This document shows, piece after piece, positions 19,748 to 30,798 of a stretch of DNA of 64,000 nt. The notes beneath the pieces are model-generated. The model had not been told where the DNA came from and searched no databases. It was given only the letters and a program-made list of their open reading frames with translations. Each line of letters opens with the position of its first letter. Positions within the stretch are counted from its first letter, which is position 1. The DNA is from an uncultured Planctomycetota bacterium (GTDB taxonomy: Bacteria > Planctomycetota > Planctomycetia > Pirellulales > Lacipirellulaceae): positions 160,001 to 224,000 of the forward strand of contig CAVRBU010000002.1 of assembly GCA_963719315.1 (NCBI GenBank). Direction: 5' to 3'. The translations under genes were made by a program, and so were the position numbers.

Positions 19748-19808
19748 AGCCCGCAGCTCGAGCAAGGGACTTGCGGTGTGCGATGGTCCCTTGCTCGCGC
19801 TGCGGGCT
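19748..19808. repeat. Long hairpin between convergent genes (AGCCCGCAGC family)
   Basis: AGCCCGCAGCTCGAGCAAGGGAC ... GTCCCTTGCTCGCGCTGCGGGCT; related copy at 50502-50560. Confidence 0.75.
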
Positions 19809-19841
19809 TCGATCCATTAATTTCGATGCGGTGCGCAAGTC

Positions 19842-20837
19842 TCACGCTGCCACGGCCCGGGAAGCCATCCACGTGAATTTCTGTCCGATCAAGTCGGTCA
19901 GCAGCGCGTCATACGGCCGATAGTGCTCCCGCAATTGCTCGGCCACCCGCGGATCGATCTGCTCTTGATAATAGCCGCGATTGTAGATCTTCGTCGGCTG
20001 GACGTCGAACGAATCGAGCCCCATGAAATTGAATACCCGCTCGCATGCGGCGGTTGTATCCTGAAACAGGCTCGCGCTGTCCATCATCAGCACTTTGTTG
20101 CGGGGAAACAACTTCAATAGCAGCTCCAACTGCAATGCGTAATAACCGCGGGCAACGTACCCCAGCATTGGCGCCGCATCGGGCCGCAACGCTTCGCCGA
20201 ACTCCGGCGGAAACTGGTTATTTCGAATCTCCTCTGCCACGCACTCCGCAAAGCTTCGCGATTCCAGGTGCCGTGTCTTGCGATGTTGATAGTGCGAGAA
20301 CGCCCGCGAAACCGGATCGCGCATGAGTACGATAATTCGCGTCTTCGGCAACACCTGCTGCATCTGCCGTAGTGCACTGGGCGTCGGCAAATAGGAAGGC
20401 GACGCCTCCATCACGTGCCCCCGCCTCCAGCCCACACGAAACGAGAGCGGAAAACGCGACCGATACCACGCCACCGATCGCTCCGAATGCTTCGAGAAGT
20501 AATCGACTTCCTTCTTCGCCGCCTCGAAGCACCGTGGGTGCGTCACCAGATACGCGTACAGTTGCGTCGTCCCGGCCTTCTGAGCGCCAACAATCACGGT
20601 CGTCGGCAGATGACGCAGCCGATGCGTGGTCAGCCGCATCACATTCGGCAACAAGTTTGTGACGACGCCTTTCGGCTTCTTCAGCGCTCGATACGCCGGA
20701 TGACGCTTCACACGGCGCAAGAGCAGCCGCAGCGGGTTCTCGTCTTCAATGGCAGCAAGTTTGATTTCGTCGGTCACGTGAAATTCTACCGCCGGGGTGC
20801 CACTGCTAGCTTGCCCAACAGTGCTGTGTTTGCCCAA
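19842..20837 (-). CDS. Sulfotransferase (PAPS-dependent)
   Basis: GAQKAGTT 5'-PSB, EASPSY, RDPVSRAFSHY 3'-PB; start uncertain. Confidence 0.9.
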   Translation of the reverse strand: MGKHSTVGQASSGTPAVEFHVTDEIKLAAIEDENPLRLLLRRVKRHPAYRALKKPKGVVTNLLPNVMRLTTHRLRHLPTTVIVGAQKAGTTQLYAYLVTHPRCFEAAKKEVDYFSKHSERSVAWYRSRFPLSFRVGWRRGHVMEASPSYLPTPSALRQMQQVLPKTRIIVLMRDPVSRAFSHYQHRKTRHLESRSFAECVAEEIRNNQFPPEFGEALRPDAAPMLGYVARGYYALQLELLLKLFPRNKVLMMDSASLFQDTTAACERVFNFMGLDSFDVQPTKIYNRGYYQEQIDPRVAEQLREHYRPYDALLTDLIGQKFTWMASRAVAA

Positions 20838-20867
20838 CCCTTGCGTTCCAATCCCTTATTGCGAACG

Positions 20868-21695
20868 TTACGCCGTCGCTCCAAACTCCGGTCGACGTTT
20901 GCCGAGTTGACCCTGTAGACGTTGCACAATCGCGCTGTGCATCTGGCTGACGCGGCTTTCCGAAAGATCGAGGGTTGCCCCGATTTCCTTCATCGTCAGC
21001 TCTTCGTAGTAGTACAGAATGATGATCAACCGCTCGTTGCGATTGAGGCCCTTGGTCACGAGCCGCATCAGGTCCGACTTCTGAATCCGCTTCGTCGGGT
21101 CTTCGCCCTTTTTGTCTTCGAGAATGTCGATCTCGCGAACGTCCTTGTAGCTGTCGGTCTCGTACCACTTCTTGTTGAGGCTGATGAGATTGACGGCGTT
21201 GGCGTCGCTGATCATCTTCTCGAGCTCGGCCAAGGGCAGACCCATGTGTTCGGCCAGTTCGTTTTCATTTGGCGAGCGGCCCAGCTTGGCTTCGAGCGTC
21301 TTAAGGCCTTCGTTCAGCTTGCTGGCCTTGCTTCGCACCAATCGCGGCACCCAGTCCATCGTCCGCAGTTCGTCGAGCATGGCCCCGCGAATACGCGGCA
21401 CGCAATAGGTCTCGAACTTCACTCCGCGCGTCAGGTCGAACGCGTTGATCGCGTCCATCAATCCGAACACGCCGGCCGAGACCAGGTCATCCAGCTCGAC
21501 GCCGTCCGGCAACCGCGACCAGATACGCTCGCCGTTGTACTTCACGAGCGGCAGGTACTGTTCGATCAGCCGATTGCGCAGCGCCTTGTTGCTCTGGTCC
21601 GCTTTGAACTCCTTCCAAATCTCAGCAATCTCTTCCGGAGATGCTTGAGGCCGACGTGCCGCTTGTGCCGTTGGAATTGCAAATGCTGTTGCCAT
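20868..21695 (-). CDS. fliA: RNA polymerase sigma factor FliA/WhiG (sigma28)
   Basis: DDLVSAGVFGL, KFETYCVPRIRGAMLDELR, YYYEELTMKEIG, SESRVSQMH; GGGAGG RBS before ATG 21695. Confidence 0.95.
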   Translation of the reverse strand: MATAFAIPTAQAARRPQASPEEIAEIWKEFKADQSNKALRNRLIEQYLPLVKYNGERIWSRLPDGVELDDLVSAGVFGLMDAINAFDLTRGVKFETYCVPRIRGAMLDELRTMDWVPRLVRSKASKLNEGLKTLEAKLGRSPNENELAEHMGLPLAELEKMISDANAVNLISLNKKWYETDSYKDVREIDILEDKKGEDPTKRIQKSDLMRLVTKGLNRNERLIIILYYYEELTMKEIGATLDLSESRVSQMHSAIVQRLQGQLGKRRPEFGATA

Positions 21696-21765
21696 ATTGA
21701 TCCTCCCTGATCGGCCGAGCGCCCCAAGCGGAGCGCGATCGAGGTCCATCTCGATGGTGAAATGT

Positions 21766-21821
21766 AGGTGCCGGGTATTAGGTGTCGGGCGCCGGAATTC
21801 TGACACTTGACGCCCGACACC
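21766..21821. repeat. Inverted heptamer array (RGGTGTC class)
   Basis: AGGTGCC GGGTATT AGGTGTC GGGCGCC GGAATTC TGACACT TGACGCC CGACACC. Confidence 0.75.
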
Positions 21822-21841
21822 ATGTATCCAACTTGGTTACG

Positions 21842-22078
21842 TTACGTATTCGCTTTCTCTGTCTGAAGCGACAATTGCTGCTGCAGCCTGCTGCGGACGG
21901 ATTCGTCGATCGTGGACTGGGCGAGTTGCCCAATGAGCGCGCCCACGACGGAAAACACCACGAGATAAGCCACTGCCAGGGTGAGCGTGCTCTCGACGCC
22001 GCCCGAGGCCAACCAACCGCGGCAGATCACGACTGCCATGGCCAGCGGTCCCAGAATTCCGGCGTACACACGACTCAT
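21842..22078 (-). CDS. Small two-TM hypothetical protein upstream of fliA
   Basis: MSRVYAGILGPLAM...; two hydrophobic segments; operon context. Confidence 0.7.
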   Translation of the reverse strand: MSRVYAGILGPLAMAVVICRGWLASGGVESTLTLAVAYLVVFSVVGALIGQLAQSTIDESVRSRLQQQLSLQTEKANT

Positions 22079-22212
22079 AAGCCTTCCTTGGCGTGCCGTC
22101 AAACTTGCCGCAGCTTGGCCAATTTGAACCACACCGGCGCGCCGGTGCGATGTCGTCACTTATCGACCGCCTCGCGGCGCTAACTTGAATTGTTTTTGAT
22201 TTCATAAATCGC

Positions 22213-23202
22213 TCAGGCTGTGCCTGCATGTTGTGCGCGGGTCTCAACGTGTTGTGCGCGGATCGCCTGACCCTGCACCGGTAATTGACCGAAGGTCTCC
22301 ACAACGCCGGGAGACCTGTGGACGATGCTTTCAGCGGGGTCGGAAGACCCGCGCCGAACATCACCCGCCAGCAAATCACCCACGGCTCGTCCGAGCCATA
22401 GCGCCGCATGGCCGAACGGCGTGTTCGGCATCTCCCAGACTCGCGGCGCTGCCTGCATAACGCCGAACTCTCCGGCGAAGTGCCGCGGTAGCGCTGGCAA
22501 CGCTGGTATCGAGCGCGATAGAAACCGCTGGCACGCGGCCTCCATCCGTCGTTGAGCGTTGTTCGCCACCGCATCGCTCTCCGCTTGATTGACCAATAAA
22601 CGCACCGGCAATTGAACCGCCGTCGTCGTACTCGCTTTCAGCGTTGCGTAAGCGTCTAGCACGGCCGCATCATCCGGTGTCGTCACCAACACGTTAAGTC
22701 GTGCCCGCTCCCAAAATCGCCGCGACCACGGCGTCATGCCCCGGCCGGCGTCCAAAATGATCAAATCGAATTCATTGTCGAGCGACTGCAACTCCGTCAA
22801 CAATCGATCCTGAGCGTAGCGCGATGAATCCGCACACGTACTCGCGTCTCTCCGATCGAAGACTCGCCCACGTGCCAGCAAAATCTGCACGCCGGCTGGC
22901 CCAGACACGATCGCGTCGCCAATTTCGCAGTTCCCGGCCAGCACGTCCGCCAAGCCATACACCACATCCGCCCGCACACCGGCCGATTCGACGACATTGT
23001 GTCGATGCTGCGAGCCATCAATCAGCAGCACCCGCTCGCCGCGGTCCGCCAACACCGCGGCCAAATTCAGAGCCACCGTCGTCGCTCCCATTCCGGCCCG
23101 GGCGCCCGAAACGACGACCATCGGCAAAGCACCGTCGGCCCCGTCCGCAGCCGGCGCCGCCGCGCCTACCAGCGATCGCAATTTTTGTGCTTGGTCGATC
23201 AT
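22213..23202 (-). CDS. flhG: FlhG/FleN-like MinD-family ATPase
   Basis: MIDQAQKLR N-terminus, deviant P-loop GARAGMGATT, LIILDAG, VTTPD, DAYATLK; follows flhF. Confidence 0.82.
   Translation of the reverse strand: MIDQAQKLRSLVGAAAPAADGADGALPMVVVSGARAGMGATTVALNLAAVLADRGERVLLIDGSQHRHNVVESAGVRADVVYGLADVLAGNCEIGDAIVSGPAGVQILLARGRVFDRRDASTCADSSRYAQDRLLTELQSLDNEFDLIILDAGRGMTPWSRRFWERARLNVLVTTPDDAAVLDAYATLKASTTTAVQLPVRLLVNQAESDAVANNAQRRMEAACQRFLSRSIPALPALPRHFAGEFGVMQAAPRVWEMPNTPFGHAALWLGRAVGDLLAGDVRRGSSDPAESIVHRSPGVVETFGQLPVQGQAIRAQHVETRAQHAGTA
22229..22360. repeat. Nested palindromic element (GTTGTGCGCGGGTCTC family) in the 3' end of flhG
   Basis: GTTGTGCGCGG...TGACCCTGCAC / GGTCTCC..GGAGACC / GGGGTCGGAAGACCCGCGCCGAAC; half copy at 26665-26692. 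Confidence 0.7.
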
Positions 23203-23211
23203 TGTTTTGAG

Positions 23212-23273
23212 GTGTAAGGCGTAGGTAAATGACTGTGCTTTGATACTTGCGCCTTAAGATTTAAGCCTTACAC
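23212..23273. repeat. Inverted heptamer array (GCCTTAM class) at the flhF-flhG junction
   Basis: GTGTAAGGC ... GCCTTAA GATTTAA GCCTTAC AC; the flhF stop lies in the arm. Confidence 0.6.
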
Positions 23274-24491
23274 TTCCACTCCCATGCTTACTAACATCTC
23301 CGCCATCTCTCCGCGCTGAGCGACCTGAATGTCGTCAGGCACGTTTTGGCCGTCGGTGAGGTAACTCACGGGTAAGCTGCATTCTCGCACCAGCGAAACC
23401 AGGTGGCCCAGGCTGTGCGCTTCATCGAGCTTGGTGAGGACGAGTGCCGTCGTGCCCGCTTCGGCAAATTTCTCGGCCGTGCCGATCAAGCTCTTGGCCC
23501 CGGCCGTGCTACTCAGTACCAGGTGGACCTCGTCGGGTTCCGATTCCGAGAGCATCGACTTCAACTCTTGAATCTTGACCTCATCTCGCGGGCTGCGGCC
23601 CGCCGTATCCATCAGCACGAGGTCCAAATGGCCCATTCGGGCGACCGCCTCGCGCATCTCCCGCGGCGTAGCCACGACTTCCATCGGCAGGTCGATGATG
23701 TCGGCATACGTTCGCAATTGCTCGACCGCCGCCACGCGATAAGTATCGACCGTGATCAAACCCACGCGTCGCTTTTCCCGCAGCCGATAGTTCGCCGCGA
23801 GCTTGGCGATCGTCGTCGTTTTGCCGACGCCCGTCGGACCGACCAGAGCCACTACGCGACACTTGCCCGCTTCGGTCACGATCGGGCCGCTGACCTTCAC
23901 ATCTTTTTTCAACAATTCGACTGCCCGAGCCTTCACGAAAGCCGCATCCTCTATGGTCCGCGGGTCGGCATCGCGGCGAATCTCGTCGATCCACTCGCGA
24001 ACGATCGCCTCATCGACTTCCGCCTCGATCAAATCCGTGAACGCGCGAAACACCGCCTCCGGCAGATCGTGTGTCGGCGTCGATGCCGTATGCTCGCACA
24101 GCTTCTCGACCATCGCGTGCAGTTCGTCGATCTGCCCGACGACTTGCCGTCGAAAATCCTCGCGGTAGCGGGTACGGTAGTCCACGTGAACTGGTGGGGC
24201 GACGCTAGTGACAAGCGAAGGTGTCGGGTGTCGGGCGTCAGGCATCGGAAATTCCGGCCCCGACACCTGATACCTGATACCTGACACCTCTTGCATCTCC
24301 GTCGGCATCCGACTGGGCACATTCACACTTGCGGAAGCCGCCACCTCGTACTTCCGTCCAAACATTAGTCGACTCAGTGGCCCGCTATTCACTTCCCGCG
24401 TATGCAACACCGCCGCCGCTGGTCCCAATTCGCGCCGAACCAGCTCCAGAGCGCCACGCATGGTCTTCGCTCGATAGGTCTTTATGTCCAT
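23268..24491 (-). CDS. flhF: Flagellar biosynthesis GTPase FlhF
   Basis: MDIKTYRAKTM...ELG, GPTGVGKTTTIAKLA, DTYRVAAVEQL, DTAGRS, TKLDE, TDGQNVPDDI. Confidence 0.96.
   Translation of the reverse strand: MDIKTYRAKTMRGALELVRRELGPAAAVLHTREVNSGPLSRLMFGRKYEVAASASVNVPSRMPTEMQEVSGIRYQVSGPEFPMPDARHPTPSLVTSVAPPVHVDYRTRYREDFRRQVVGQIDELHAMVEKLCEHTASTPTHDLPEAVFRAFTDLIEAEVDEAIVREWIDEIRRDADPRTIEDAAFVKARAVELLKKDVKVSGPIVTEAGKCRVVALVGPTGVGKTTTIAKLAANYRLREKRRVGLITVDTYRVAAVEQLRTYADIIDLPMEVVATPREMREAVARMGHLDLVLMDTAGRSPRDEVKIQELKSMLSESEPDEVHLVLSSTAGAKSLIGTAEKFAEAGTTALVLTKLDEAHSLGHLVSLVRECSLPVSYLTDGQNVPDDIQVAQRGEMAEMLVSMGVEV
24219..24289. repeat. Inverted heptamer array (RGGTGTC class) in-frame within flhF
   Basis: AGGTGTC GGGTGTC GGGCGTC AGGCATC ... 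GACACCT GATACCT GATACCT GACACCT. Confidence 0.9.
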
Positions 24492-24496
24492 GTTTA

Positions 24497-24593
24497 TAGT
24501 CCGTTGTCAGTAGTCCGTCGTCCGTTGTCGAATGTTTGCGTCTGTGCCAGGTAAGAAACTGAATGCAACGAACAATTAATAACGGACAACGGA

Positions 24594-24596
<3 letters not shown>
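24497..24596. repeat. Inverted heptamer array (TWGTCCG class) at the flhA-flhF junction
   Basis: TAGTCCG TTGTCAG TAGTCCG TCGTCCG ... CAACGAA CAATTAA TAACGGA CAACGGA CTA; contains the flhA stop. Confidence 0.85.
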
Positions 24597-26756
<2,160 letters not shown>

Positions 26757-26763
26757 GCTCGCC

Positions 26764-26829
26764 GTAGGTCAGGCCTCAGCCTGACAAACTGGAATCGCCG
26801 TCGTTCAGTCAAGCTAAAACCTGACCTAC
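26764..26829. repeat. REP doublet (GTAGGTCAGGC family)
   Basis: GTAGGTCAGGCCTCAGCCTGAC ... GTCAAGCTAAAACCTGACCTAC; single copy at 30590-30610. Confidence 0.75.
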
Positions 26830-27052
26830 AACCGGCCCGCGGCCGTCAATGCAACAGATGAGTATTTCGTGAAGAGAAACTTGAGTAGAAATCAGATGAG
26901 GGGCGGGAATTTAGCGGGAGAGCCCTCCAATGTCCAGAGCGGCCCCAAACTTCAACGCCAGCACGCCAGGTGCTATTCTCGTGGCTAGCAACGGCATCAT
27001 TGAAATCTCACTTTTTGCTCGCTGTTGTCGCCGCTAGAGGCGGATAAGGCAG

Positions 27053-27364
27053 ATGACAGACAGAACGAGTTATCGAATCGATTATTCACCAGCAACTGAG
27101 GAGCATCTGGCCTCGCTCACGGCTCGCCAACGAGCCAAAGTATTCGACACAGTCGATAAACAACTTATTGAAGAGCCCAGGGTCGAAACTCGCAATCGCA
27201 AACCAATGCGACCCAACCCGGTTGCCTCCTGGGAGCTTCGCGTCGAGAGTTTGCGTGTATACTATGATGTAGTCGATGAGCCGGAAAAACTCGTGACTGT
27301 GCTGGCCATTGGCGTCAAGAAACGTAGCCGCGTCTTCATTGGTCGTGAGGAGTTTCAAATATGA
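27053..27364 (+). CDS. RelE/ParE-family toxin
   Basis: YRIDYSPAT, WELRVESLRVYY, VTVLAIGVK. Confidence 0.85.
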   Translation: MTDRTSYRIDYSPATEEHLASLTARQRAKVFDTVDKQLIEEPRVETRNRKPMRPNPVASWELRVESLRVYYDVVDEPEKLVTVLAIGVKKRSRVFIGREEFQI

Positions 27365-27615
27365 AGGTCGTCGAGACGACGGATGGCACCGAGAGCTTGG
27401 CCGATTACGCGTCCAAGATAGCAAGCGGTCCGGTGATCGTGACCAGCCACGGTCAGCCTGTCGCTGCGCTTGTGCCTATTGAAAACGCAGACCTCGAAAC
27501 GATCTCCCTCAGCACCAACCCCGCGTTCATCGCGTTAATTGAGCGCTCCAGAGCGCGCGCCGAATCCGAGGGCACGATCTCTGCCGACGAAATGCGCCGC
27601 CGGTTTCAACGATGA
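27361..27615 (+). CDS. Phd/YefM-like antitoxin
   Basis: GPVIVTSHGQPVAALVPI; ATGA overlap with the toxin stop. Confidence 0.82.
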   Translation: MKVVETTDGTESLADYASKIASGPVIVTSHGQPVAALVPIENADLETISLSTNPAFIALIERSRARAESEGTISADEMRRRFQR

Positions 27616-27776
27616 GTTCGGCTTGCTAGAATTGTGAGGGACATTCGTCTCGTAGTGGACTCTTGAAGAGGGAAAGGAAACGATGACCTTGTCAAATTCA
27701 TATGCAGAATAACTCGGCGAAGCGAATCGCACTTCCGATACGCGCCCCAAACCACGTGAACGCGAGGTAGCCCCCC

Positions 27777-28283
27777 ATGACCTACGCCCAAACTATCCTC
27801 CCCGAGTTCGATCACGAAATGGCCAACACACGGAAAGTGTTGGAGCGCGTTCCCGACGACAAGCTCCATTGGCGGGCGCATCCGAAGTCGAACACGATCG
27901 GCTGGAACGCGAATCACCTCGCCGAATTGCCCGGCTGGAGTGTCTCGATTCTGACGCAGCCCAATTATGACTTCGCACCGGTCGGCGGGGAGCGGTATCA
28001 GTCGCCGAAGCTCGGCTCACGCCACGAAATCCTGGAACTGTTCGATCGCAACGTCGCCGCAGCACGCCAGGCGCTGGCAAACGTGAAGGATGAAGCAATG
28101 GGCGACCAGTGGTCATTGCTGGCCGGCGGCCAGCCGATCTTCACGATGCCCCGCGCCGCTGTGGTGCGAGGCTTCCTCCTCAGCCACATGATCCACCACC
28201 GCGCGATCTTGACCGTCTATCTCCGCCTCAACGACATCCCGGTGCCCGCCCTCTACGGCCCCAGCGGCGACGAAGAAAAGTAG
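27777..28283 (+). CDS. DinB/YfiT family protein
   Basis: TRKVLERVP, ANHLA, SHMIHHRA..TVYLR, VPALYGPS. Confidence 0.9.
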   Translation: MTYAQTILPEFDHEMANTRKVLERVPDDKLHWRAHPKSNTIGWNANHLAELPGWSVSILTQPNYDFAPVGGERYQSPKLGSRHEILELFDRNVAAARQALANVKDEAMGDQWSLLAGGQPIFTMPRAAVVRGFLLSHMIHHRAILTVYLRLNDIPVPALYGPSGDEEK

Positions 28284-28388
28284 GTTTCGCTTGCCGAGCG
28301 GAACCTCAGACCTTCGACAACGCGCGTGTGCAACTCGCCGCGGCAAGTCGTAGGGTGTGCCGACCCTAGTTGTTTGGACGGACTATCG

Positions 28389-29567
<1,179 letters not shown>

Positions 29568-29571
29568 GAAA

Positions 29572-29649
29572 AATGACCAGTGACCCAATCTCAATCACCA
29601 ATGCCGGAAGGAAAATGTTTGATTGGTCATTGGAATTGGGTCATTGGTG
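29572..29649. repeat. Inverted heptamer array (AATGACC class) after mdh
   Basis: AATGACC AGTGACC CAATCTC AATCACC AAT ... ATTGGTC ATTGGA ATTGGGTC ATTGG. Confidence 0.8.
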
Positions 29650-29670
29650 CTTCCAACTTCCCCCTTCCCG

Positions 29671-29699
29671 TTGACATCCGCCCCACACTTGTTTACAGT
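29671..29699 (+). promoter_or_regulatory. sigma70-type promoter
   Basis: TTGACA-N17-TACAGT upstream of 29844. Confidence 0.65.
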
Positions 29700-29843
29700 C
29701 GCCAAACGTCGCGCGTTTGCGCGTGCGGACCCGCCCTCTGAGCCTACTGCTAGCATGGAAGCCCACTTCCGGATTGAGCGATTCGTTGCCAGTCAGTAAT
29801 TCGTTTCGGGCTAATCCAATCTCACCCGCGATCCATCTCGAAT

Positions 29844-30593
29844 ATGAACCGTATTGCACTTGCCTCGGAAGAAACCAGTACGCAATCGTCACCCGCTGAA
29901 ACCGACCATTTGCATGAATTGATCACGGCGACGCGCCGCTGCACCGAGCGCGACTTCGACCTGCCGTACGCCACGTTCGCACCCATCCATTACGAGGAGC
30001 GGTATGCGTACCCGCTTCTCGTCTGGCTGCACGATTCCGCCAGTAATGAGCAGGAACTGCGGCAGATCATGCCGCTGGTGAGCATGCGAAACTACGTGGC
30101 CATCGCCCCCCGCGGCACTTGCGACGACCAGCGCAACCGCGGGCGATTCGGCTGGCGGCAAACGACCGACGCCATCGAGTCGGCCCACTCGCGCATCGTG
30201 GATTGCATCGCCGTCGCCCGCGAGAGATTCAACATTCACGAGCAGCGAGTTTTCCTCGTCGGCCGCGGCGCCGGCGGCACAATGGCACTCCGCACAGCCT
30301 GGCACGACCCGAGCAAGTTTGCTGGCGCGATCTCGATCAACGGTCCCCTGCCCTCTCGCCTGAGCCCACTGCGGCGGGTCAACGAACTTCGCCGCGTTCC
30401 CTGTTTGCTCGCAACTTCCCGAGACAGCGAAACCTACCCGGCCGACCAGGTTTGCCGAGATTTGCGATTGCTCCACGTCGCCGGCTGCACCGTTGCCCTC
30501 CGCCAGTACCCTTGCGGCGATAGCCTCACTAGCAACATGCTCTCCGACCTCGACCACTGGCTCATGGAGCTGGTCTGCGGCGGCGGTGCGTAG
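29844..30593 (+). CDS. Alpha/beta-hydrolase (phospholipase/carboxylesterase-like), probably catalytically inactive
   Basis: YPLLVWLH, IAPRG, RVFLVGRGAGG (no Ser at the nucleophile elbow), FAGAISING. Confidence 0.8.
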   Translation: MNRIALASEETSTQSSPAETDHLHELITATRRCTERDFDLPYATFAPIHYEERYAYPLLVWLHDSASNEQELRQIMPLVSMRNYVAIAPRGTCDDQRNRGRFGWRQTTDAIESAHSRIVDCIAVARERFNIHEQRVFLVGRGAGGTMALRTAWHDPSKFAGAISINGPLPSRLSPLRRVNELRRVPCLLATSRDSETYPADQVCRDLRLLHVAGCTVALRQYPCGDSLTSNMLSDLDHWLMELVCGGGA

Positions 30594-30620
30594 GTCAGGC
30601 TTTAGCCTGATAGCATGATT

Positions 30621-30668
30621 AGGTGTCAGGTGTCGGGTGTCAGATCGGAATTCCGACATCTGACACCT
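30621..30668. repeat. Inverted heptamer array (RGGTGTC class)
   Basis: AGGTGTC AGGTGTC GGGTGTC AGATCGGAATTCC GACATCT GACACCT. Confidence 0.9.
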
Positions 30669-30687
30669 CCCCCCACTTTCTCCGCCA

Positions 30688-30717
30688 TTGACACTCGTCT
30701 GCTGCATCCGGTAAAAG
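30688..30717 (+). promoter_or_regulatory. Weak candidate sigma70 promoter for the TPR-flgN unit
   Basis: TTGACA-N18-TAAAAG. Confidence 0.3.
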
Positions 30718-30798
30718 CTCGCCGCTCTTATCTGCCTTCCGATTCCGATTCGTTCACGTCTTCCGCAGCGGGCGGAAGCGTCATTTGGTTAATGCGCG

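Noticed and set aside
22160..22188. sigma28-like promoter TCAAG…GTCGATAA on the minus strand upstream of hyp-fliA
   Set aside because: The spacer (16 nt after TCAAG) is about 2 nt longer than expected; not enough support
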